From: Mizuhopecten yessoensis
Lineage: Eukaryota
Assembly: GCF_002113885.1 (NCBI RefSeq)
Contig: NW_018404492.1
Span: 4,187,609 to 4,251,608 of the forward strand
Length of the DNA stretch: 64,000 nucleotides
Direction of reading: 5' to 3'
Shown in pieces: positions 29,801-41,800 of the stretch. A program made the translations under genes and the position numbers. A model generated the notes under the pieces. It saw only the letters and a program-made list of their open reading frames with translations. It did no database searches and was not told the origin of the DNA. Numbering within the stretch: position 1 is the first letter of the stretch; each line of letters begins with the position of its first letter.

Positions 29801-32800
29801 TGCGAGGAAGACATTTCTGATATTTTCTATAGGGATTTAACATCCTCACAACAGGCAGTTAACTCCAATCAAAAACAAAACGAGAGACCAATATATAGGG
29901 TACACATACATGTTACGGCAAATGGTAAATTATGTCCTGTCACGAGAGTATATTTAATTGTAAGAGAGGATCCACCCAAGCAATTTGTCACACATTGTTA
30001 CGGACAAACACATACTCATATTTCGCACATACTAAAGCAGCTGGTTTTAATTCCTTGATGTTATATTGATCATACCAGTAAATCATCCAATGCATTTAGT
30101 CACAAATAAACCACCGATAGCGATATCAGCTCCTTGAGTGCGGCCAGAGAAATTGTCGATACGACTTTAAGGTAATGGTTGTATATATTCGATAAGTACA
30201 GTGGCTGAGTCGGAACGACAACTGTGTACTGCTCTGGTAATGGACAAGGACGATTATCCCCGGATGTTATCGGTTCTGTCTAGTGTAGCAATTACGTAGC
30301 CGTCTGCTAATGTGGTAAGGGCCAAAGATTAATTCACTTTGCCTGTTAAAGAAAACTTAACACCGTTTTGTTGAACGGTCTGCGGATATGTTTTATTGCT
30401 AGTGACCGCTCCAACGGAACACTTAGATAACGATTTATAAATGCATGTTAAAAATTGCCACATCCATCTGCAGATTGCATTTATAACCGGTGTTTAAGTC
30501 ACTTACATAATGACGTTATATTTCATGAATATGGCTTCTATTTGTTATATAATTATCGCTCTGACTATCCAGCTATTGATAACTTTATCAAAGACGAGTC
30601 TATCTAGGGAAGTTAAGTCAAAATCTACTTATCGAATTACTTTTCTTATAGTGCTTATTCCAACACATGTCTATATTTGAATACAAGCGGTTTTAACTAA
30701 TTTGTTTCTGCAAAAGTTGCAATGAAACAGACTCTGTAACGGGTATCTTTACTAAAGCCATAATTAAAGGAAAATTCGCGTGTCTATGATAAACTTTTGC
30801 ATTCAAATAAAGACACGTTTTATTCTTGTGAGATATTTGCTATTAATCTTATGACCATGAGAGCAGAAAAAAAAGGAAAAAAAAAAATATTTGGCGCCAA
30901 AAAATCCCTGAACGAAACAGTTAAATTATACAAATATGTTTTTTGGCAACATTCGTTTAACATATTTCATGCAGCAGTTAATTACCATTGATCGAAGTAA
31001 TATTGATACTTAAACTCATATATAACGAAACAAATTACTTCCACGAAGAAATAAACAAAAGTAGAGACTAAGGAACCTTTTTCCTACATGAATATATAGA
31101 CCCGTGTTACGCGAGGGTTAACATTATATGACGCTTAACCCATTAAAATAAAACGTGCTGATTGATTGTACATCTAAATGTGTTACAGTAATATAGTTGA
31201 AAAAATACAACATGCTTTACAATGTAATCTATTTCGTTCTCCGCATGTATTTTAGTTAATTTATACAATAACAATCTTGTGATGATACTTTATTATTCAT
31301 ATAGTCGTAATAAAATACATACGTCACGGCACTGTGTTGTATCTTTCAGCAAGATAATTTATTCCGGTTGTTCCAGTCTACTCAGCTGTAAATGAGTACC
31401 TGGTTGGGCAGTGCTATATTTCTTGAATGCTAGCTGTTAGCGCCGAAATGGCAGCACTGGCTGTATGCTCCCCGGGGAGTTGAGAAAGATATTGGCTGGT
31501 TTCAAAGGTCCTATAATCACGGTTAATAATATGTAAACCGCTTTGAGACGACCTACTTGGTTATGATAAAGAGGTATATAAAAACCTCAAATTATTATTA
31601 TCATTATATAATTATAGCTGTTGCTTGGTTGTGACATATACTAGTAAAGGTATCTCGTCGTTATAAAGTACGTGTCACAGTGACTTGTATGCATTTTATT
31701 CGTTTATCAGACATGCCTTTCTCTCTTATTTTCCAAGAAACTAAATATGGCAAATAAGTTGTGAAAATGCTTATTCCGTCTTTGCGTATTGCAGAGTTAT
31801 CTTCTCGTGAGCAGGTATTGATTGTTATGTCATTGGTTTGTGTGAGAAAATTACGTCGTTTTCTCAAAAATTGATGACGTTACTCTCACAAACAAATGAC
31901 GTAACAATCAATACCTGCTCTCAAGAGAAGATAACTCTGCAATACGCAAAGACGGAATACGTGTCTGATCACGACTAATGTGACGTTTTTTTAAACTTTT
32001 TCTTTCACACCACTGATAAGGGATTGTAATTGTAGCTTTTCTTATAAAACATAGTTCTAAGTAATATCAGTTCTTATATAGGATTCACAAAAAACTATAT
32101 TACTTTATTTCTCTACAATAAGGGAATGTGTCCAAAATAATGATACAGTGTGATATAAAGACGATTACCTGATTACAGGGCAAAAGAGATATAGTATTTC
32201 GTGGATCAGTTTGTACAGTCTATTTCAGCCGAGGAAAGATTTTTTTTCTTTAGTTTTATAATGTTAGATACACATTTACATCAATATAAGACTGAATATG
32301 AAATTTACATTGAGGCATTAATAACTGTAAATATAAACCCTATATAACAAGTGCGACGTATGAAAAGGTAATTTTAACTCAAAGCGATGGGAATTATTAT
32401 AAAATATAAACAAAGGAACACATTCTGATGGATGAGTTTTCCAAGAATAAGTTGTCATTCTGGTATTCATCACAAAGTTCCAATTCGATCTTGGTTCCAT
32501 ATCAATTCTAAAATCAACGTTGCATTCAACACATAAACTGAGCTTATTTTGTTAACAATTTTTACAATTCTATAAATCCATGCACTACAGAAAAATCCAT
32601 ACATTAGCATATGAACATGTTTGAGCAATGGTTAGTCTATGAATTCCTTACATAGCTGATAAAATACGTTGTAGTTGTGAAATCGAAAATCGAAAATAAG
32701 ATAAACAAACAGTGAGGTTTTATTGACATTAACATCTGTGTTGTTTTATTTTGGCCAGTTCTTTGCTTACACTAGACTGTGAACATGTTTCCTGGATTAC

Positions 32801-35800
32801 CAAGCTTATTTCAGGTTTAGGCGACATCAAGATACAAAAACAATATTCTCTGGGAAAAGGGTTTCTTAATACCACTAGCTGTAAATGGCGATGTACTACC
32901 TTTACACCGACGCACCCTTCCTTCAACACACATAAACCCATGCATGCATACATTACACACAAAGAGACTGGTCCTTAACTAACCTTAGCTGTAAATAGGA
33001 CGTTAATCCCTATAAAACAAAGTCGATAGAAATTTAGTAATACTGTATTTCATCGTGGTTAAATTTCGAGGTTAAAAACGTTTTCTTTGGGAAAAAATGT
33101 TCCAGTTTGTATTTGTTCTTGTTTCTGTGTATCTTCATAATTTTGGAAAACTTTTGATTCAAATATTCATATTTCACGCTTAATACCACTTATTGATAAT
33201 GAGTGGAAGGACTGGGGTAGTAATTGTTTTCCTATTTTTGTTTTATTCGGCTTAAAGGCTGGCTTAATATCATTGGAAATAGGTGCTTGATTACTTCGTA
33301 TTTTCAAACTTTCGCAAAACATATAAATAGGTGTATTATAGCTTTTTAAAGAAATAAACGAAAAAATAATTCCCATGAAAATAACTGCACAATATACCTA
33401 ACAGTGTCAGTGGTTAGTGTTCCTACATGTGTATATATGAAGTGATACCATGGAGCTTGGAAAGATATTATTTATCTGGCTTTGTTTTGAGAGGTGTTCA
33501 ATATATTGTCCAGTAAGGTTCAATTCTAAAATGCCACAACCTATTTGGTAAGAATCTATCAATGGTATGATGATGTGTGTGAAATGGCATGGTACGTTAT
33601 GACTATCAAATCAACATAAGGATTGAACATGACACTTGCCTGACCGTACAACGTTCCTTATCTTCAACAGGGGTACCTTTTTTCCAAGACTAGTGTGGTT
33701 TCAATAATAAGACGGCATGACGTTTTTCTAGACGTTTAAATATTTCTCAGGAAACATAGATTCCCTTGAGTATAATGAAATTGCTTTCTGTAAGCGAATC
33801 CGACATTGTCTAGAACCTGCACATATCATAAAGGGGTATATAACATGACTACCCAAGCCGCAAAGCATGTAATGAAAAAAGGATTTCTCTTACAGCATGA
33901 GTAGAATATCGACAACGGATATCCGAAAGATATAAGGAAGAGCTACATTTATATACATATACATGTATGTTGTTTTACTGATAAATGAACGAGACAACTA
34001 AGCTAGATGATGTAAGATTTGGACAGTACATATGTGTTTAGAAAGGTTTTCTGTAAATATCACGAAGATACAAAAGGTAGAAAGGATCATTTATTGTTCA
34101 TGTTGAGTGTACAATGTTGTATATGTGGTACCTACTACATTTGGTGGCAAGTCTTATCTTAGTTGTCATAACCTCAAAACAAGGGGTTTTGTTTTAGGAA
34201 AATAAAGATGATAAGAAATGTCCATTTAGGACTTACCTCTTTTGATATACTGTGTTGTTCGATGTGTTTGTTCGATGTGTTTGTGTAGCTTCTATTTAGT
34301 GCAAAATAGCGTAGCATAGCATAGTTTAGAAATACGTCTTTTGACATTTCGATTGGACTATCCGCCATTTTGTGTATCATTTCAGAAATTTTAATCACCG
34401 GATCCGAGTTTGTAGAGATAGGCAACAAAATCTACCTCATGTGTAACGCCACAACAGATGACTTCCCTAACGACGATTTAGATTGGTTTAAAGATGGACA
34501 TGAAATAATACAAAATAAAAATGACCAACATATCACTATAACAAAATTTGTGTCCTTAATAGACAAATTAATATACAGTGTATTAACTGTGAATAATGTG
34601 AAAATGGAGGATGCTGGGAAATATGTGTGTAGAACTTCCGACCTCCATATCACAAGTACGCTTGTCAACGTCCTCAGTGGTGAGTATGTCGTTTACAAAG
34701 GGGTGTAACTCTTGTGGTAGATGTAGTATGGTAACGTCCCATACCTGTAGATGCATGGAGGTCATATACATGTATTACTTGTATATTGGCTCATTGGTAC
34801 CTGGAAACTTGCTTTGCATGTAGGATGTGGTCATTATTCAAGTGGTATGGCTATTAGGTAGCGTGTTCCGCTATAGCAGAGCGGGTTTATGAGTTTGGTA
34901 CATGTACCTTGCAATCGGATTGTCGGAGTATTGATGTGTAGGCGTTAGAGTAAAGATGCGCAATTGTTATGTAATAATATAATCCAGATTTACTATATAA
35001 AAGAAATTTCGACACCAACGTACTCTTAAGTTGGTTACTAATTATGCAGCTATATTTCTCTTTTCCAATGTTATTTCAAAGGTTATTGTATCAGTGATGG
35101 TAAACACTCTTGAATCGACAGACATGTTGCATTATACGATGGTATACAATGTTTACGACGGTTTTGCTACCGTACTCTGAATGGTTATCTGTGTTAACAG
35201 TCTTGGGTAAAGGTCTGGGCGGTAACAAGCGGTACCTCATTGGTTAACGGAAGGCAGTGCCTTGAACCTGATAAATGACTTTGTAGTATCAGACAGGTGG
35301 GTCCTGCTTCATCGGCGGTTATACCATTACTAGATGAATACATCTTAATTTTTCTTTGCAAAGCGGGCGTAAATTGTTCTCTCTGATAAGTTCTGTAACA
35401 AACGGAAACAGACAAGACGCCACCAAGGGCACCGAAATGTATTACGAACAGTTGGTCAAGAGCATAGGTTCAGCACGCAGAATTGTAAACATGACTTTGA
35501 AGTCGTTGTTTTCATTGAAAACCGGGGACATTCTGCTTAATTGGCGAAAGAAAAACAAAAGAGGGAAATTGCTTGTCTCCAGATGTAGTGTTATTTAATT
35601 ACTGTGTTTACTGGGAAACTGGGAAAGACTGTTGATCTTCTTGCCTAGCTATGGTGGTGAAACATTTTATATATTAGATTACGGCAAGCGTTTTCGTGTA
35701 TGCAGGATACCTCGGGCTCTCAGTAATTTCGTTTGGATGAACAACAATGTTTGCGTACGACAGAAATTATATAATGCAAATTTCTCCATATACAAAAACG

Positions 35801-38800
35801 GCATTTTCGAGACAAAACCGCATGATACTTTTCTGCTGCACTACGTTCATGAAGTTAAAACAAAACAACATATGTTATGGTGCCTATGTTGCAGAAGTAC
35901 AGTTGGATACTAAAGTTGTGCCGTGTTTTATTCAGCGTCACTGTCGAGTCACGATAAATTTAGGTTATGATGTGCATTCTTTATAGTTTTAGTATACATT
36001 ACGTTGTTTGTGCCCTAGAACCGCTGTCGGTTATCTTTTAGTTATAGCATGTGCTGTATGTGCATGACGAAATTTCAAGGACAAACATTTTGGTGTAAAT
36101 AAGAGTGGAACTATGTCGCCATGATCTGTTTGCATGAACACAAACTGTACCATAAGTTACGCAGACTCGACTAATGAAACAGTGGTCTGCTTAACACCAT
36201 TCTGAAGGTACATCTCGTCCCTAAATTTCTTCCCTTCCAACCAAATTGCCAACATAGTTTTATTTGCATTCAGTTTTCCCTCTCTTTTTATGTTTTGACA
36301 TTTGTTCGGACCAAATTACAGAGCATTGGTTGTGAATGATTTTATACATATATTCTTCCACTTTCATTGCCTTTTAAATATACTTTCACCGTTGTTGTAT
36401 TATTTTCTATTCATTCCTGTTCATTTCATGATGTGCATACTTTACGATTTAATATTGGTGCCTTACAATGTGAATGAAAGACTTCAATTATGAAGTCAAT
36501 ATTAAAAAACATAACCCGGTCAAATCATACTCTGCTTCAAATGTAACAAAGGTTTAAAAATGATTCCTTTATTATAAGCAGAGTATACCAATAAAATAAC
36601 GTTGTCTTTGGAATCTGTTATATTATTTTTACCGGATAGGGTATTGAGTTAGAAAATAACCGTCTCTCAAACTAGTTACAAAAATAAACACAATATACAT
36701 ATAATGAAAATATAAAGTATATTCATTATAATAGCCGAAATTAATTGTGTATTATGTTCTAAAAGTCACTGTTTATCTTATTAATCACCAAAACAAATAT
36801 CATCTAGATACCGATACTTTATCAAATCTGATGTACAGTTTATATATGTTATCAAGAAATATTCTTTTGGACATATTCCTATTTTTAGGAATGTTCATAA
36901 TATATTCCCTAATTTTGAAATATTTTGTATTGGTGAAATTAATTTTGAGACTTCCCCCGTCATTACAGAGCCCGACAAGCACGGGGAGCTGATAGATCCT
37001 ACCCATCCTCCCGGTGGTAAACATCCTGTATTTTATCACCCATTTTATGTCGTCCTCACTTGTGATCTTCTATCCCATGAGTCCCCATTTAAGATCAAAA
37101 TGAGACTTTAATCATGATGCTAGCACAGGGTTGTCGTTATTTAAGACCGAAGGTGACAGTATATCACTCGAATGAAAGCCAATTAATTATACGTGAAACC
37201 AATATTATTAGATCAGATTAATGAAAACGATTTTTGATTTCAGGGTTAAGGTACAATCATGCTGGTTCTTTAATGTCTTGAGTGTGAAAATAAAATGTGA
37301 ACTTTACTGTTACGTCGTAGAGACACATGTTTGGAGTACAACGAAGAGAAAGAAAGTGCTAGCTAATGATTATAGTCATATTGTGATCTTCCAAGCCGAC
37401 CACACTTGTTTCGCACATCTCCTTCAAAGTGCAGCATTGAAAAACAAAAGACAGGCCATAATTAGATATTCTAAGAACTTAATTATTTTGGTTTTATTTA
37501 ATTGACGCAAAAAAACATCACGCATATTTATAAACAAACGTGATCGGCTAGTTTTGTCGTATGTGTATGCTAAAATTCCTTTGCAACGAGTGTGTATGCG
37601 TGCCTTTGCATTATAAAATCATTTCATTTTCAGAATTATTTTGTCTTTTACCAAGTCGTGATTGTATGATTTGAGCTGAATTGATTTGTCATTGCTGCAT
37701 TCGTTTTATATTTTTCATACAAATATTTATATAAATCATGGCAATTATGCATGCTCATACTCATTAGGTTTATGGAATGATTACATTTGTTGATTTGAAT
37801 AAACATTGTAATCTATCTTTAAAAGCATGAAATTAATAAAACAAAATGTGTCAAATAAAGTTGTTTATTAACTGCAATTAAATGCAATTAAATGTAGGGC
37901 CGAACTATTTAATTGCCAATCCGAGCGATGTGAGAGTTTGATTTCAGTTTAAATACTTTTGCCATTTAAGAGCACAAACACATAGATTTAGAACATTTTT
38001 GATTGTTTTTGTTTTGTATCAATAAGCATAATGGCATTTGCATGAAGAATATTTTTTATCAAATGCGTGTTATTTGAAGTAGATATGTTAATATAAGTAT
38101 TGTTGAAGTATTTGTTGTGATTAATTTACAAGCATTTTGTAAAAGAAGCATGTATATGTTCTACAGAATATTTGTGAAGTATTTCCAATGATTACCTGTG
38201 TTGTAATCTCCCCTTAATGACCATACACTGTGGTGATGATGCAGTAGGTGACGACAGCTGTGTACATGTATGATACCTGCTGTTATTAAAACAAACAAAA
38301 CATTATAAAGCATTTCTTGCATCAAATGTCAGTCAAATATTTGATTTTTGTAAGCAAATTGAAATTGATATACACGCATGCATTAGTTTATAAGCTAAGA
38401 AACATCCGTTAAATACATTTATTTAGATGAACTATTGGTTCATAGAAACAGTTATAGCTCTTTTATCTGTAAAAATAAATACAAAAATATATCTGGTTTG
38501 CTTATGTTCAGTGTGCTTCTGCTATAATTATGATTCAGTTGATACTTATTTATTAATTTATCACTGATTTTATGTTTCAGCTAAATCATCTATAATTAGA
38601 AGAAGCGGTAAGTATAATTATATCAATATTTTCTTTCAATTGTATGTTTAATGTGTTTTTTAGCCATGTACTACACGCTCATTGGCCGCATATAACTCGT
38701 CTCACGCTCAAAAATTCAAAACTTGTCATTACATATTTTCATTCTCGAAGTGAAGTTTTAAGGTATGCTTGGTGATATTACACAACTGCATGTAGTGATG

Positions 38801-41800
38801 TTTTTTTGTGCGTCTTCTAATGGTATTTCATTGCTTTCATTTTAAATTAAAAATGCTAAAAACGCTTATAAATAATAACTTCATATATACTGTATATAAA
38901 CTCATATGACTTATAAATAGGAACTGGGCTTCTCAATATTCTCTTTAATATAAAGTAATAAGATACAACGTATTGTTAGTAATGCTTTTATTTAAATATT
39001 TACTATCTAATACAATACTTCAGCGCATGGCTACAGACATACATCAGTCGAGTTTCCGACAAACATGGTTATGAAATAATTCGGTTTCCATTAAATTTCG
39101 GTTATAGAACTCATCTAATACGCAGCAGTATAATAAGCAGCTTGTGTAATGAATAAGATGACGAAAATCAAGAGTATGTACATTATTTTTAGCCAAGTGA
39201 GAGAGTAACACGACACAATAACGTATATAACTAGTATTATCATATTGAGCTCATCAATGTGGCTATGATAGTACTTCTTTATACATGTAAATGGTACACT
39301 TGATTGCAAGCATGTCTTGAGATACTCTTCCATTGTATATCAATCGCTACTTACCCTTGCCTTTGGTTACTTAATGTATGTTACACACTCAGTCATACTT
39401 TGGTACGTATTGCATTCACATACGACAATACGTCATGTGTTCTAGCCAGCATGATGAACGTGGTTGTTAACTTGTACTACATGTACATGTGTCAGATAAG
39501 TGCGGTTGTAAACGTGCACTACATGTGCCAATGATAGTACATATAGTTCATTCTCGAGTATTCGCCCCAATAATGTTTGCTGCATTGCTTGTCTTTTTTT
39601 TCTTAAAATAGCGTAATCAGATCAGAACATGTACACTTACAATCGTCCATACAAACACATTGGGAACATCTCTGTCCTATTTGTTTGACATTTATCTAAT
39701 AATCTTAAATGTTATGGCAACTATCCCGATCCAGTTGCCAAGATTTAACGCATAACGTCGATCTGAAGGAATGCATAGTAGCTGTCAATTATTACACCGC
39801 TGTTATTATTTTCTGTTCTGGAACAATTTAATTATACGCCTTCAATTTAAAAAAATAAATGCAAAGGGATTGTTTAAATTAAAAAAAATCTAGCTTCTAT
39901 GGTCTCCCTGGCCATTATCTGAATTACGGCGACATAGTACCACAATTAATTGACGAATTTAAAAAATGTATATATTGATCAGGAACATTAAGTCATTCAC
40001 TTTTAGACAATAAACACTCAAATGCAAGATAAAAAACACATGTAGTACTTACTTCAAAAACAGATTTATAAATAAATAATACAGCAGGTGTTTCGAGTTT
40101 TGAATACCCTTTCATGTGTCCTACCCTTCACCACACCCTTCTGTTGCATGAGTTAATCTGTTATTGTATACCTTGTCGCATGGATAGATCATTCACTGAT
40201 TGTGCTCATTCATCATACCCCTTGATCATACGTAGTAACGTGATCAATATAATTTGACTTGGTGATTCCCATACTCTACCCTATATCAGACAATATGACC
40301 TTACGGCACAGCGAAGTTGAGTATGCACATGACATGCCATTGTTTATATATTGATTAACTCGAGCAGTTGATTTCCGATATCTAATTCAAATTGAATCAT
40401 ATCATATTGAAGGAAAACGGGCGTAATCAAATTTAAATCTCCTTAACACGAAACATATCTAATTAAAACACAACGTATTGTTAAATTCCGATAACGACAA
40501 AGCCAATAAACAAGCTAAAACTGAAACTGACAAACATCCGACATGAGATGAACTGCTTCCTTCCAAGAATTCCAAGAAATGCAATATGAATATAGACCTA
40601 CAATTGCCAAATTCGTTTACGCGTTGACAAGCAAATTTATGGTTATAGAAATTCAACCTAATATTCGTTAAAAGCCCCTAGGCTTCACTTATGCATGCGA
40701 TCCATTTTCTGATACAACGTGCAACGTATATACTGCCATTGGGCCACTCCGTCCCGGTGATCTGTTCTGACATGCGCTGTCCCCGAGGATATTACAGTGT
40801 CTGAGTATCTCTCCTACACCCCATAACTGGTCTCTGCCGTAATTATACGGAGAGGGAATGTTCAAATAAAATATTCTGTATAGCTGCATTCGCAACACTG
40901 TTTAACGAAAATTCCATCTCGCTAAGGAATAATATTTTGTTTTTGATAATCCGCTGTATGTAATCATTTTTATTTTGTCTACGCATTGATCTTTTATATA
41001 TATATAATCCCGTATAGGGAGTGCGTAGACGCTTGAATCCAGTTCTACAAGAAAATCACTCTTTAAAATGATATCTTATATGTAATGTAAATGTATCTTT
41101 TACCATGACCAAACGTGAATTCTAAAGGCCCTAGTGACACATTACTCTGCTATGATTTTATAAAGCGAATAATCTTCTTCTCTCACAGAACGGAAGCTAT
41201 CTGGTGAGGAATATTAAAAAGAGCTAAACTAATCTGAATCTGTTTTACAATGCTTTCCTGCGTTTCTGTGAGAGAATCTCAATTCTCATCGGTGTATTCA
41301 TAGACACATTTAGTAAGACCATTATCGGGATAATATGCCATGACACCATATTAACCTTTATCCTATAACATAATAGCAGCAAGTTAAAATGTCCTTTGAG
41401 TGCCCAACCTGTCAATTGATGCTTTTGTGAAATACCTGGGCTGTAACGAAAAAGTAAATTCCAAAACGAAAAGAAACAAAGTTACGGTGACCGTATAGAC
41501 GATTTTGAAATACTTCGCGTTGTTAAAACTGAAATCAAATCCTTTCATTCCTAAAGAATGTTTGTCTGTGATGCGCTATATATATAAACGATGTAAAGGT
41601 ATAACAGGTAGTTATATTGTCAGCAGTGAAGCAAATACATGTAGTATGATTACTTCGTAAGGACCTAACCAAAGTATATTCCAGATATAGAACGAGCAGT
41701 CGAAGCACTAGCTACTGATGTCGTTATATAAAGATGCCGACATCAATCTATATAGCATCCTTTTCCTCCTTCACTATACATAAGCTCAATGTTTGATCAG

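Noticed and set aside
34174-34823. Overlapping and antisense ORFs around the Ig2 exon
   Set aside because: Shadow frames of the real exon.
37634-37674. Alternative terminal exon (ELFCLLPSRDCMI*) giving a secreted isoform; a similar candidate lies near 52434
   Set aside because: An acceptor followed by a stop and AATAAA is expected by chance in AT-rich introns.
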